Below the pieces are notes generated by a model, which was given only the letters and a program-made list of their open reading frames with translations, was not told the origin of the DNA and did no database searches. Source: Octopus sinensis (lineage: Eukaryota). From it: 64,000 nt of DNA. A program made the position numbers and the translations under genes. The DNA lies in NCBI RefSeq assembly GCF_006345805.1, contig NC_042998.1:106268001-106332000 (forward strand), read 5' to 3'. Below are positions 11,979 through 26,006 of the stretch, one piece after another (the stretch's first letter is position 1; the number at the start of each line of letters is the position of its first letter).

Positions 11979-13728
11979 AACAGAAGAGGGTCTATACCCT
12001 TTTTTATTTTCAGGGTGGCTGCTGGTTGTCATTGGTGTGTTCTTAACTATTTCTCATATAGGTTATGTCTTAACTGTTATGCTGTAGTACTCTTTGACTT
12101 TGCTTTGTAGGAGAACGGTGTGCTTATTCTTTTGCCTGTGGTTCAAGATGCATGTTTGATGATATTTAGTAGGTGGTTAGATTGTGTGCATACAAAATGG
12201 GTCGCACTATTTGAGTTCTTAAAGAGCTCTAACCCACCAGAAAGAAAAACAAACATTAGTTTTAATTCATTCCAGATATATACAAGCAAAAAGCAATCTG
12301 TTAATGGTATATCATAAGAGAGAGCAAAGATGGACAAGATAAGGTAACATCCAACTAAATACTCTCTGCAGTTTTTAGTTCCAGTTCTATTAGTCCTGAG
12401 TTGAAATTCCGTTAAGTCAATTCAGCTTTCAATTCCCCACTCTATAGCTGATAAAACAATGCCAATAACATACTGCATTGATTTAATCTGTAACTCACCT
12501 CTGTCAAGCAAAAGTAATCTTTGTTGTTATTAGTGCTTGCATGTCACTGAACACTGATTAGTTTGTGGTTGGTTTTTTGTGGGTTTTTTTTTTGTTTTGT
12601 GGGGTCTTTTTGTGGGTGAGTGTTTGTTTATTACATTCCTAAAAACTCTCCTATACTTGAAGAATATAAGCAATATATGGTGAAAGGGAATTATTTCTTG
12701 GGCAGAGGAATTTGTCAGAGTATTGGAAGTAAGATGTGTCACAGTCTAGTCTTTAGCGTTGTTGAAAAAAAAATAATAATGCAGTTTTACAAATGTGAAG
12801 TTAGCTTTTCAGCTCCAATTATAGTTATGCAATCTAAGTTGCCATATTTTGATGTTACATGTTATAAAGGAATATATGGGGATAAATTATATTTGATTCA
12901 TCAAAGAAAACAACTCACACAGATAATAAAAAAGAAACTTTAAATAAAGATACTAATTCTAATTTTATTTCAAATATTTCATAGAATCTAATTTTTATAA
13001 ATATTAATATTTTCAATAAAGAAATTTGTATTTATATACACATGAAGTTGTTTATATATTTTGTATTACATGTGTAAAAATATATATATATCTTTATTAA
13101 AAAATGGCAATTTGATATTTAATATTTCCTATTTGGTTTATTTATTTACAGTTTTGTGTGCATGTGTGTGTACCTTTACAATTGCTACGGGGTTTTCTTT
13201 TCTTTTCCAAAAAAAATATTTTGCTGCTGTCATCCTTTCTCTCTGAAAAAATAAGGATATTTCAGTTTAATAAGTCACACACAGGCAAGGCCTATTGGTG
13301 AATACAGAGACAACATATCAAATACTTAGATATTATGAATTACGATTTTTCTGTAATATATGCTTATATTACTTCAGATGTGTGTGTGTATGCATGTGTG
13401 TGTGTATTATATTTACATATATATGTATACATACACACACACACACATATATATAGAAGTGTGTTTCTGCATTAGAACAAATAACCACAGGCTTGAGAAA
13501 AATAAATCAATACCAGTTTATAAAAAAGTAATAGATATGAATTTGGTTTTAGTTTTCAGCTAAAATAAATTTAATGTATACATACATAGGCATCAATACA
13601 TACACACACTCATACATATATATATATGTACAAACAAACATATATAAATATATAATATGCGTGTATATATGTGTGCGTGTATGCATGTATATATATATAT
13701 ATATATGTACGTATATATATATATATAT

Positions 13729-13773
<45 letters not shown>

Positions 13774-15248
13774 CATACACATATATATACACGCACACAC
13801 ACACAGATGTTTGTATGTATGTATATATATATATGTGTATGTATATTTATGTATGTATATGCATGTATTTATGCATGTATGTATATTTAAAATTTCAAAG
13901 TTTCTGTTGATTCACCAGAAAGCAATAAATTATAGTATTCAATACATGAATGTAGATTAATTTTTAAACATGCTCTGAATTGCCTGTATTCTGAGTTTCA
14001 TATTTCAGCAATTTCAGCTGGTAATCAGAGCCTGCTTTCTCTAGAATTATATTTCAAAATATTATATGGATACTATTGGGAAAACACATATCTCTATATT
14101 CTAAAAACAAATCATGCAAGCAGTATATTTAAAAACAGCTGTTTCAAGCTTGTGATTTTCATTTCATTTTTGATTCTCATGGGAATACTGTCAATGTCTT
14201 TTTTTAATGCATTCAGAATTTAAACTTCATACAAGTGGAAATAAATTGTTGCCTAAGCAATTTTATTTAAAAACGCTTCAAAACCAACGTTTTTTTTCTT
14301 TCCAAAATAGGTTGAAAATTAAGGAGATTGGAATTCATAAAATGATAGTTTGGTCCATGTATACAAGGTGTTAATGGTTCTGTTCTTTTGTTCAAGCAGT
14401 TATTTCCTTGAAAAATAGTTCTGAATTTTTTGCTCAAACAACAGTCACACCACATTTTTTTTTTATTATTTAAAGCAGCTGTTCTTGTAGGGTTAAGCCT
14501 TAACTACATTTAACCAGTAATTTTAAATTCATGAGGATTTGCCTCATGTAAAAAAAAGAACCTGTAAATTTTGATAAAGCTGTTGTGTATTTCTTTTATC
14601 AAGGATGACAAATGAATGTCTGCTTATAAAATCGAATTTTGAGTGTTAATTCAATTTCTCCAGTATGTACAGTAGATTGTTCTCATTTGTCTATTTCTTC
14701 ATAAGCTCTGTATACCACTGACTTTGCCAAACAGTTACCATCTCATGGACAATTCTCACTAATTTTGAAGTTATGTGATTGGTATCAGTTTGCTGTTCAT
14801 CTCTCTATTTCCTTCAGCCTTGCAATATTATAACCTCTGATATATCAACCAAAATTCTTAGTCACTAAATAGCTAACCATAATGCAATTCCTATTTAGTA
14901 TATTACTATACTTATGCTCCAATGGAAAATGGTAATCTATCAAATTAAGGAATTCCCTTGTTTTATTAGTTCTTACTACAAGATTAAATACTGGGTTATG
15001 TCATAAATTATTCCACTTCCTGTTTTTATTATTGTGCTCTATGATCTCAGTGGATTCAGTTCTCTGACACTCTTTCATTTGATTAGGAGTCTGGCTACAA
15101 GCCAGGGCAAACAGGGGTAAAGAAAGTTGGCTAACTAAAGTACAAGCCTCTCACTCCATCTGTGTGTGTGTATGTATATGTATATAAATATATATTTCTA
15201 TATGTGTTTATTTGTGTAAGAATGCATATGTTCATGCACACATATACA

Positions 15249-15279
<31 letters not shown>

Positions 15280-15315
15280 GTGTGTGCGTGTGTGTGTGCT
15301 CGCCCGCTCATGTCC

Positions 15316-15405
<90 letters not shown>

Positions 15406-15683
15406 CACACTGTACAATATTATTGAAATTATTTGCTGCCCAGCTAGACTTCCTTATGGTTGTACAATGCTTAAAAAGAAGAGAACTGATGTCATTTTCA
15501 CCTTGAAATAGTAGACAAACACACACATAATACTTACATTTTAAGCTAATTTGTACAGAAAATCTTCACAAGTACAGTAGCACATTTTGTTGTCATTTAA
15601 GTTCAACTTGAAAAATAAGTAACAAAATCTAATTAGTAATCATATTTATTTTACCGCTTTTCATTCTTAAAATATATACCACT

Positions 15684-15826
15684 AGGTGCAGGTGTGGCTG
15701 TGTAGTATGTAGCTTGCTTACCAACCACATGGCACCTTGGACAAGTGTCTTCTACTATAGCCTCAGGCTGACCAAAGCCTTGTGAGTGGATTTGGTAGAC
15801 GGAAACTGAAAGAGCCCATCATATGT

Positions 15827-15858
<32 letters not shown>

Positions 15859-16068
15859 TCGTGTGTCTATGTTTGTCCCCATACCATTGCTTGACAACCG
15901 ATGTTGGTGTGTTTAGGTCTCCGTAACTTAGCAGTTTGGCAAAAGAGGCCAATAGAATAAGGACTAGATTTACAATTAATAAGTCCTGGGGTTGATTTGT
16001 TCGACTAAAGGCAGTGCTCCAGCCTGGCCACAGTCAAATGACTGAAACAAATAAAAGAATAAAAGAAT
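15684..16068 (+). mobile_element. SINE family A
   Basis: Aligns to 9085-9541 with the B-box segment deleted. Confidence 0.9.
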
Positions 16069-16764
16069 ACTAATATCTACTATTTCACTGTTTTTATTCC
16101 AGCTAGTAAGCAGTAGTGTGGATTTTAGTTAAAAAGTTACAAAATTGGTGTCGAAGTGGACTGAAACTAGATCACATAATTTGATTTACAGACCATGGCT
16201 TGCTGAGAACTTACCTTGTATAACTCTGTTTCTGCTTTAGTCATTTGGTTCAATTCCGAAAATATACATTTCAACAAATGTGTGTGTGTGTCTGTGTCTG
16301 TGTGTGTGTGCTTGATAATAATCAAGGTAAATAGTAGCAAAGTAGATGAAAACATATTTGCTTTCATCCCACACACACACACTCACACCACTTACTTCTT
16401 TCTAGTTTTTGAAGTAAGGGAAGAAGACAAAATCAAGTGTATATATATAATGTGTCGGTACGTGTGAGAGGGAAACAAACTGACAACAGAAAGGGAAATG
16501 AGAAATAGAAGCAAAAATAGAAGACTATGAAGAAGCAATTTCGTCCTTTGAAGATGTAAACAAATACACAGCTACAAATGCATACACCTACACAAACAAA
16601 TTCAAAGAAATACATAAGTCCACACCACCCCACATTTATATATATACATATATGCATGTACACACGCACACATATGCACACATAGAGACACACGTGTGTG
16701 TGTGTGTATGTGTGTGCATATGCAAATGTGTGTGTATATGTAGGTAGACATGTGTTTGCATATT

Positions 16765-16905
16765 GATAGACAGATAGATAGATAGATAGATAGACAGATA
16801 GATAGACAGATAGATAGATAGACAGACAGATAGAGAGATAGACAGACAGACAGATATATAGACAGATAGACAGATAGATAGACAGACAGACAGATAGATA
16901 GATAG
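16765..16905. repeat. (GATA/GACA)n tetranucleotide repeat
   Basis: Directly visible. Confidence 0.95.
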
Positions 16906-17324
16906 AAATATATATGGTGGTTGTTCAGTTTCTGTCTACCAGATCCACTCACAAGTCTTTTGTTACTTCAAGACTGTAGTAGAAGAGTCTTGTCTAAAGT
17001 CCAAAAGTTCTGCATTATGCAAGTGAACCCAGAATCGCCTGGTTTGGAAACAAACTTTTCAACCATTCACACACACACCTTACTATGTATGTATGTATGT
17101 ATAGGAGGTGAAGCCATGTACAGGGGTGTTGTTTGTAAGGTGATAGTTATTAATGAATACAGCAATGATTTGATGTTCAGGAAGGAAGGAGTTCACCAGA
17201 GCACAACTCTCGTTCCCTCCTAATTTATCATAGGCTATAACAGAGAAATTTAAGAATAGTTACCAGTGGTTAACTACTCAATGCTGATCACCTTGTTCTT
17301 ATTTCTGTATCTGTTGTGGAAGTA

Positions 17325-17645
17325 CTATCTGGAGTCCAAATCCTTAAAGTTAACTTAGAAAAGACCAAACATCTATTAAGCATAATCCCTTCAGGAAAAT
17401 TATTTTATTGGATATGTAAAAAAAGTTGTTGGTAGAAATTCTATATTGTGTATGCTGTACAAGTTATGGATATACAATAAGTCCAGTGGAATTTGAGAAG
17501 ATTAACAGAAAAACTAAACTTGTTCATGAGACAGGAATCAGGGCAGCTGCATAAAGAATTGCCACTTGCCAAATGTGGATGAAACCTATGGAAGAGGGAG
17601 ACCCAGCATGACATGAGACAATGTACTGAAGATCAACCTTAAAGA
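17325..17645 (+). mobile_element. Old RTE fragment covering a degenerate PHD region and the ORF end
   Basis: Homology to 62700-62910 (ggtagaaattctata, aagttatggatatacaataag) and to 63430-63490 (ggaagagggagaccc). Confidence 0.65.
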
Positions 17646-18094
17646 GGAAATGAAAAAGGACCATGATAATTGGCGATTCATTGTGCCCAAGAAGACTCAT
17701 CTGTCCCTGCCAAAAACGAGATCCTAAAAGCATTGTTGTTTATGGCTTTGATCTGTTACCTAATGTGTCCCTATTAAACCTTCCCCACCACAACTGATCT
17801 TCATAAAACCCATCCCTCTTTCACTGTTCTAACTACAGGAACTATTTCTTCAACTGCTGTAATATTTGCCATTGATGCCCACCACTTTGGTGGAGGAGGA
17901 GGACATATATTTTTTCCTCTTCCCCCTCCACTGTCCCTACATCTTCCTCATCATCATCTTTACCATCTTCATCATCATCATCATCATCATCTCTTTCTTC
18001 TTCTTCTACCTCCTCTCCCTCCTCCTCTGCTACACTTTGATTCCCCATTTACCACCTCGGTAACCCACTCTACCCCCTTGCAATCCCAAACTCA

Positions 18095-18712
18095 ACACCA
18101 AACTAGCTAGACTCGAACAATCCATACTTAACATATTAGATAAACGACCTTACCCATCATGCAACCTTACTAAATTCCAATTCCTGATCTTGTAAAACTT
18201 AAGAAACAAAAACCTCATCTACCTACCTTCAGACAAGGGAAAGAATTCTGCATTATAGACAAACTTGAGTTATATTCTCTTAGACATTCCACAAATTCAC
18301 CAAATAATTTTGACTTACTATGTTTATCGAACACCTCACTGACACCACACTATACGAAAAGGTTTACAACATCACACCTCACCAACTGTAGTCCATCATC
18401 AACACCAGCTGGTGTACATGGATAAGCTAGAATGCACAGCACTCAATACCTGCTGCTCATGCCTCTTCTTCTCCAGGTACATTGATGACATCCTTATCAT
18501 CACGTCCTCCAGGGATGAGGCATTAACATACACCGAACCTTCAATAACACCGACATAAATATCAAATTTGAGATTGAATATCCAGACAAATTCGGAACCT
18601 TCTTTCTACTCAACTTTCAACTCAATATCACAGAGCAAGGCTGCATATTTACCAAATTCTACAGAAAAGCCACTAATAGAAAACTTTTCATCCACTACCA
18701 ATAAGCCTTACC
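18095..18712 (+). mobile_element. Penelope-like element RT fragment (pseudogene)
   Basis: NLRNKNLIYLPSDKG motif, FSRYIDDILII, NIKFEIEYP and FTKFYRKATNRKLFIHYQ*ALP, typical of PLE RT/thumb; internal deletion. Confidence 0.8.
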
Positions 18713-18759
18713 TTATATATATATGCAAACATATTTAATATAAATACATATACATGCAT

Positions 18760-18820
18760 ACTGCAGCAGTTGTCAAGCAGAGTTTGGGGACAAACAAACA
18801 CACTCAAACACCCATACACG

Positions 18821-18856
<36 letters not shown>

Positions 18857-19015
18857 CAATTGTCTTCTTTCAGTTTCCATCAGCTAAATCCACTCACAAG
18901 GCTTTGGTCAGCCTATGACTATAGCAAAAAATACTTGCCCAAGATGTGACACACTGGGACTGAACTCAGGACCATGTAATTGGGAAGCAAATTTCTTACC
19001 ACACAGCCACACATG
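18760..19015 (-). mobile_element. SINE family A (partial, diverged)
   Basis: aaatccactcacaaggctttggtcagcc...cttgcccaag...cttaccacacagccac. Confidence 0.85.
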
Positions 19016-21079
19016 CATCCATATCATAGATGATTCTTGTTATTGTTGCTTAATCTCTTAACCAGCCCTGATTTTGCAGATGAAAGTGATCAAAGGTGTT
19101 CAATCCATGCCTAGGGGAGGAGGGGGTGAGGGTCGTGGGGACGAGGGTGCAAGAGGGGAGGCGAGATGGGGAGGAGGAAGGGAAAGGGGAAAGAGGGAGG
19201 GTGAGAAGAAGAGGAGGGGAGATGGGGTGAAGGAGGGAGAGAGAGGGTAGAGAGAGAGAGAGTAAGAAAGGAAGGAAGGAAGAAAGAAAGAAAGAAAGAC
19301 ATTAAAATTTATTAATTGTCATAAACACTTTCCCTCTCCCCATACACACAATGAAAAATATATTCACAGATATAAACAGAGAGAGAGAGAGAAGGAGGGA
19401 GTGAGAGTGAGAGAGGGAGGTAGAGAATGTGGGGAAGCATTAAAATGTCTGATGTCAAATAAGTTAATATAGAATCAGTCATGCCAAAATGTCGATGCCA
19501 AAACATTTCATACTCTTTTGGCCTTTCTTTCTTAAGATCAGACGGTGTATTTTGGGGGAAAGAATTGATTGTTATTTCTAGTAGGATGAGCAATCATATA
19601 GGTGTTGCTAGATGGCATAAACAAATCTCTAGAGGCTCCCGTGTTTATTTCAGATGGTGCAAATCACACCGGTGGTACAGCTACAGAGAGCAATGGCTGA
19701 GGAGGTAATGAAGACAATAGTGGTGGTATTGGTGGTAGCAGTGTTGGCAGTGAAGGTGGTGGTGGTGGCAATGATGATGAAGTCAGAGTTGATATAATCA
19801 TAGAGACAATGCCCCAATTACACCACCTTTCAGTAGTAGCCAGACTCACCATCACCTGATTGCAGGTAATGTCACTACCAAACTAATTACTGCATACATC
19901 CCAAAATGGTTACTAAATCAGGACCTTATATCATTAGGCTTGCCACTTAACTCTGCTTACATTAAATCAATATGGCTCATTACGAATTCATTACTATCAT
20001 AATTATTTAAGTGATAAGTGGAGCAAGTGTCAAGTAATTGAGGGATGAGACTTCTAATTTCCCAAGTCACGATTCTTTTGTGTTTTGTTGTTGTTTTGTT
20101 TGCTTCCTATGTTTCTTTTTTTGTTTATTTGTTTGCTCATTTTATTATCTTGCTGCAAGTGCTGTGGACATATTTCTCGAGTAAGCACATAAATATACTT
20201 TGCCAAAGGCTTCTTGTCTAATTAAGAAATCATTATTTCTACAAGAGAAATCTAAATGGAAAAATAAAAATTTTTTTATCTAAACAAAGAACAATTTATA
20301 ATTTACAATCTAAAAAAAGAAAACAAACAAAAATGTTTATCTTTGTATAATGAAAGAAAAATAAATAAAATATATAGAAGTAAAAGTGTATGAAAAAAAT
20401 TATTAAAAGTGCAACAGGTTAAATCATACATGGTTGCTTTTCGGTTTTGTAGTGGAGTATATATATATATATATATTTATTCTATTGCTTCTTTCTTCCT
20501 TCCTTTTTCCCTTCTTTTTTTTTTCTGAGATGCAATAATAATCATAGCAGATCATGGTGAAAATTTAGGCAGCATTCAATTGTAAAATGGTCATTAATCA
20601 AAGAGAAAATTATAGATTTTTTTTTTTGATTGTTTCAATAGTAAGACTGATTGATCTTTCAATGTCTGGTTATTTTGTTGTTTCATGTCATTTTGCTGTT
20701 TCATATTATTTTTGCTAATATCAGCACTCTGACATTCTACATACATCATTATATGTTAATGGATGGTATAAATGGCATACTCATATTCATCTCTCACCTT
20801 TGTTCACCAGAGAATATCTTTGATATTCTCAGGCAATTTCTCAACTCACTAGCACTCATCCAGCGTTTCCTCTGAATTAAAATCACTCATTACACATCTA
20901 AAGGATCATATATATACGTGTGGGTGTGTCTGTGTGTGCGGCCACTCAACCTGTTAAAAATAACAGCTAAATTTTCTTTATATCACACCCTAAACTCTTA
21001 AAAATCATATCTATACATACATATATGTATGTATGTACATACGTGTGTGTGTGTGTGTCTATATGTATGTATGTATGTA

Positions 21080-21290
21080 GTGGAGACACATGGCCTAGGG
21101 GTTAGGTTGTTGGACACATCAAAGTATTGTGAATTCAATTCCTGGCATTGTGTTCTTGAGCAAAACACTTCATTTCACATTGCTCTACTTCACTCAGCTG
21201 GTCAAAATTAGTAACCCTCTGACAGAGCAGTGTCCCACCCAGAGAGGACTATTTATGTCAGAGAAACTGGGAAACCAGCACAATGTTCCT
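21080..21290 (+). mobile_element. Old tRNA-derived CORE-like SINE (related copy at about 42945-43075)
   Basis: tggcctaggggttagg head, gtgttcttgagcaaaacactt...cactcagctg body. Confidence 0.6.
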
Positions 21291-21572
21291 TACAGAGTAA
21301 TATAAATTAGCCATATATATATATATAGTTAAAACTTACTTGGAAAAGGATGCGTGGTGTTCGATCATATAATAAAATAAATATATTCATATATACATAC
21401 ATATATGTACATACCTACATATATATGCATATATATATATACATGCATATATGGGTACAGGACAACAAAAAAAAAATGCTGAACACAATGAGAAACGAAA
21501 ACATAAAAACAAAAATAAAGAAAACGAACAATTTTTCGAACAAAAAAAAACATAGAAAAGAGATATGCAACA

Positions 21573-21614
<42 letters not shown>

Positions 21615-22021
21615 ACAGACTTCTTTTAGTTTCTGTCTACTAAATCCACTCAAAAAGCTCTTGTCAGCCCAAAGATACAGTAGAAAACACTTGCCCAAGG
21701 TGCCATGCAGTGGGACAGAACCCAGAACCATGTATTTGGAAAGCAAGCTTCATACCACACAACCACACTTGTACCCATATATACATACATCTATGTATAT
21801 ATATGTCTCCTCTCATAAGCTCGTCTTCCTAGCATTCACAATAATTTTTCTATCATTTTGGCTTAATAGCCCTGACTGTTTTTTTTTTTACTGTCTTGTT
21901 CTCACTGTCCTGTTCTTATTACCACTTTCACCCTCTGCAAAAAATCCCAAATTTTATTTTATTTGCTTTGAACCGTCCAACCCATGCTAGCATGGAAAGC
22001 GGACATTAAATGATGATGATG

Positions 22022-22056
<35 letters not shown>

Positions 22057-22083
22057 TATATATATATATAAAAATATATATAT

Positions 22084-22142
<59 letters not shown>

Positions 22143-22214
22143 ATATTATATATATATATATACATACATATATATATATATATACATACATATATATGTA
22201 TATATATATATATA

Positions 22215-22598
22215 CTCGAGCCCCATGCTAGTAGGGTATTAAGAGCACCATCCGAGCGTGATCATTGCCAGGGCGGCTATATGGCCTCCGTGCTGGTGGC
22301 ACGTAAAAAACCACCATTCGAGTGGGATCATTACCAGCATCACCTTACTGGCACCTGTGCCGGTGGCATGTGTAAAAGATCCGAGCGAGGTCATTGCCAG
22401 TGCTGCCTGACTATCCCCGTGCTAGTGGCACGTAAAAGCATCCACTACACTCTCGGAGTGGTTGGCGTTAGGAAGGGCATCCAGCTGTAGAAACACTGCC
22501 AGGTCAAGATTGAAGCCTGGTGCAGCCATCTGGTTCGCCAGCCCTCAGTCATACATCCAACCCATGGTAGCATGGAAAGCGGACGTTAAACGATGATG

Positions 22599-22600
<2 letters not shown>
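22215..22600 (+). mobile_element. RTE 3' UTR/tail copy inserted in (TA)n
   Basis: Tandem hairpin units, conserved tail and (GAT)n, flanked by TA arrays. Confidence 0.85.
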
Positions 22601-22629
<29 letters not shown>

Positions 22630-22632
<3 letters not shown>

Positions 22633-22845
22633 TATATATATATTATATTTTCAATCCAAACAAGAACAAGCATGAAAAAACAACAACGCAAGATATGGAA
22701 CAAGTATTGTGTTATTGGACACTCAGGAAAGGAAAGAAAAGAAAGAGGATTTCACGTTTCAAGCAGAGCCCTTCATCAGAAATATAGAAAAAGTTCAAAG
22801 ATGGGAAGACGGAGAAAGAAAATCGCCAACAGTACACACGCGATC
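22630..22845 (-). mobile_element. Short repeat with a hammerhead core
   Basis: Minus strand attt-CTGATGA-AGGGCTCTGCTT-GAAACGTG-aaat at 22749-22783. Confidence 0.6.
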
Positions 22846-23054
22846 ATATATACAAACACACACACACATATATATATAAATGGCTTTTCTGACAATTTTT
22901 CCACTTTAATAATTAGATGTTTTCAAGTTTACAATAGGTTACTTTAATAGGAGTTTCTCGCTTAAAGGTAGTTTGAAAACTGCTTTTCTTTAAACCAAGA
23001 AACTCCTACAGGGTCATCTTTTGTGAACTTATAAACATCCAATTATTAAAGTAG

Positions 23055-23600
23055 TGGTGGGCAAGAGAGACGACTGTGCTAATATGGTCATGTGTTGCAT
23101 ATGGATGAAGACAGCTGTGTAAAGAAGTGTCACACCCTAACAGTGGAAGGGACCTCTAGTAGAGGTAGATCCAGGAAGACTGGGATGAGATGGTGAAGCA
23201 TGACCTTGAAATGTTGGGCCTCACAGAGGCAATGACAAGAGACTGAGACTGTTGGAGATATGCTGTGCTTGAGAAAACCTGACAAGGCAAATGAGATCAT
23301 AGCAATGGCCAATGTTAGTGTGGCATAACTTGCCCTTTAAAAGCACCCTTCAATTGTTGAGCAATATACTGTGCTTGAGAAGACCTGCTGAGTCAAGTGA
23401 AATCGTTGTTATGGCTGATGCCAGTGCTGCCTGAGTGGCCCCCATGTCAGTGGCATGTAAAAAGCACCCACAACACTCTCAGAGTGGTTGGCATTAGGAA
23501 GGGCATCCAGCTGTCGAAGCCTTGCAAGAACAGATTGGAGCCTGGGGCAGCCTCCTGGATTGCCAGTCCTCAAACTGCCCAACCCATGCCATGATGATGA
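23055..23600 (+). mobile_element. RTE 3' ORF end plus 3' UTR
   Basis: gcaagagagacgactgtgctaatatggtcatgtg...atggatgaagacagctgtgtaaagaagtgtcacaccc matches 63346-63430. Confidence 0.9.
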
Positions 23601-24439
23601 GGAGGAGGAGGAGGAGGATGTTGAAAAATTATCAGAAAAGCTATTTCTATTCTTTTTTTCAAATGTGTGCGTGCGTGTATGAGTGTATGCATGTGTGAGT
23701 GCGTGTGTCTGTGTGTGTGAGGCAGTCTCTATGTAGTTGCTAAGCCTAATAGATATAACAAGCAACTAACTGTCTCTCATATCACCAAGTACAATCTGAA
23801 AAAAGAAGGAAGAATACATTAGAAAATTTAATGCTGGATATATTGAACAAAAAGGACAGAATGTCTTTGATAGTAGGCTTCCTTGGTTGAGACAGAGCTG
23901 GGAAATACAGATGAAACAGCAAATACTACAACAGATCATAAAGCAGATCATAAATGCTTGAATTATTCCTCACAAATCCCTGGAAATAGTTTATACTTGC
24001 TGTTCTTTGATTCCCTGATAGCTTCACAATTTTTCCTCTATTTGAAGCCAACCCACTTTTTGATGCAGAACTGACTGCTTTAAAATGTTCATATCACTCT
24101 TGCTTTTTGTAAAAACCTTTTGTAAATTTTGTTCCAAGCATCATCTTAATGATGTAAAAGTTTTTATTATCTTACTAAATCCTATAAAAAATTGTTGATT
24201 ATTTTCAAAGTTAATTGAAACACTTAAACAATGTATTTTATAAGAATTATTGTCATGAAAAGATTAATTATGTCTTTTGTAGTTTGTCTTTTGTTTAACT
24301 CTTTGTAAAACTTTTTCAACATGCCAGACTTCTGGACACTGTTCACTGTTCCTACCACTCGCTCCACTCTGAATACCACTAAATATGTTACATAGATATC
24401 AGTATAGCTTTTACGTTTTCTTTCAATGGGTTGTTCTGG

Positions 24440-24700
24440 AGAACGAGGTTATGTCTATGGCCTTCACAGGTCCTCTGGGACTCTGAAATAGACATGGCTG
24501 ATGTTCCATTTGAAAATCTGTAGATGATGACAACAGAAAAAGTATGGGCAAAGAGATGATTCCCGAGAGAAGATATTCTGATGTGGAAAGACTGGAGAAA
24601 AGTGGTTAGCATGGGAACTGATGGAGTAGATATTAAATGGGTGGTTCGGTGGAGGTGGCATGAAGCCAAACAGATACAGTATGAGAGAAAATGCAGAGAA
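24440..24700 (-). mobile_element. Old LINE ORF2 C-terminus (CR1/Jockey-group-like)
   Basis: TFLQSFHIRISSLGNHL and HHLQIFKWNISH resemble the SFF.RTS.LWN.LP...NLQ.FK terminus. Confidence 0.45.
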
Positions 24701-24799
24701 ACCTGTAGGTCAAAAGTTAGTGTGTGTCAACTATTATAATTTAATGAAGGAATAAAAGAAAGCAGTTCACAAGTAAAAGAATGAAACACTGATGTTTAA

Positions 24800-25018
24800 C
24801 CATTTAGCATTCAGATTTCTCTGTCAAATGTAATGCTTTTTATTCACCTTGTTTTCAGTTAATCCTGTATCATTTCATAGATTCAAGATTTCAACAAAGC
24901 AATTACTAATTTTTAGAATGACATTGTAAGATATGTGTGAAAGGCTGGATCTTGTCACTTTGAACATAAAACAGACAGAATATTTGGACTGGATATGGCT
25001 GGTTTGAATGCTAAAGGG
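24800..25018. mobile_element. piggyBac-like MITE (~220 bp)
   Basis: TTAA on both sides; TIRs cc(a/c)tttagcattca / tgaatgctaaaggg. Confidence 0.8.
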
Positions 25019-25046
25019 TTAAACACTTGTAAAACACCTTATATCC

Positions 25047-26006
25047 AGAGCCAGATCTATGTATGGGTCAATATGGACCATGGCTTACGAACTCATAAGT
25101 TTGCGGGGTGGGGCAAGCATTCGTGGAGGTCCCTTTAACTCAGAGAAGCCAAAAACTTGGAGTTAAAAATAGAAAAATATATTTGAATTGTCAGGCAACA
25201 CACCATGCTTGAGAAGACATACTGAGTCAAAATCAAAATTAAAATGAAAAATAATCACAATCAAATGGAAATTGTAGTTGTGGCCGATGCCAGTGCCACC
25301 TGACTGGCACTTGTGTTGGTAGCACGGAATAAGCACCATTCATACATGGATCGTTGCCAGTGCCGCCTGACTGGCTACCTGTGCCAGTGGAACATAAAAG
25401 GCACCATTCAAACAGGGTCAGTGCCAGCCCCCTCCCCCCACCACCACCACAACTGGCTCCTGTGCCGGTAGCATGTAAAAAGCACCATCCAAACATGGCC
25501 AATGCCAGTGCCACCTGACTGGCTCCCATGCGGTGGCATATAAAAAGCAGCCACTACAGTCTCAGAGTGATTGGCATTAGGAAGGGCATCCAGCTGTAGA
25601 AACATTGCTAGATCAGATTGGAGCCTGGTGAGGCCTCCTGGCTTGCCAGTCCCCAGTCAAACCATCTAACCCATGTCAGCATGGAAAACAGAGGTTAAAC
25701 GATGATGATGATGATGATGATTTTAAATAAATAATTTCTTTTTACTTGTTTAAATTTTTTTAATTCAATAGAATTCTTCTACAATTATTGAATCCCCTTT
25801 TGATTTACTGGGGCAATTTAGATTTTAAAAGCCATTACTTTTAATTAAGTCCCTTTGAATCTACCCAGGGCCTTTTAAGTTGTGAAGCTTCTTCAAATTG
25901 TTTGGAACTCATAGATTTAATGGGGCTCTCTTTATTGTGTTTTAAATAAACAAAATCATAGGAGCCCCCAAAACCAGGGATCCCAACAGGTCTAAATCCA
26001 GCCTTG
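25047..26006. mobile_element. Possible old hAT-like non-autonomous element interrupted by an RTE tail
   Basis: Imperfect TIR cagagccagatcta / taaatccagccttg; no TSD seen. Confidence 0.35.
25200..25722 (+). mobile_element. RTE 3' UTR/tail copy with four tandem units
   Basis: atcaaatggaaattgtag (compare 63707-63720), hairpin units, (GAT)n tail. Confidence 0.85.

Noticed and set aside
16210-16260. Minus-strand micro-exon ELNQMTKAETELYK ending at a strong GTAAGT donor
   Set aside because: No AG acceptor at the expected position (reads ttttcgg) and no recognisable homology
17842-18048. Acidic Asp/Glu-rich protein
   Set aside because: Triplet-repeat low-complexity DNA with no splice or homology support
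23780-24010. Protein-like open frame KEEYIRKFNAGYIEQKGQNVFDSRLPW
   Set aside because: Short, bounded by stops, no convincing splice sites or recognisable domain
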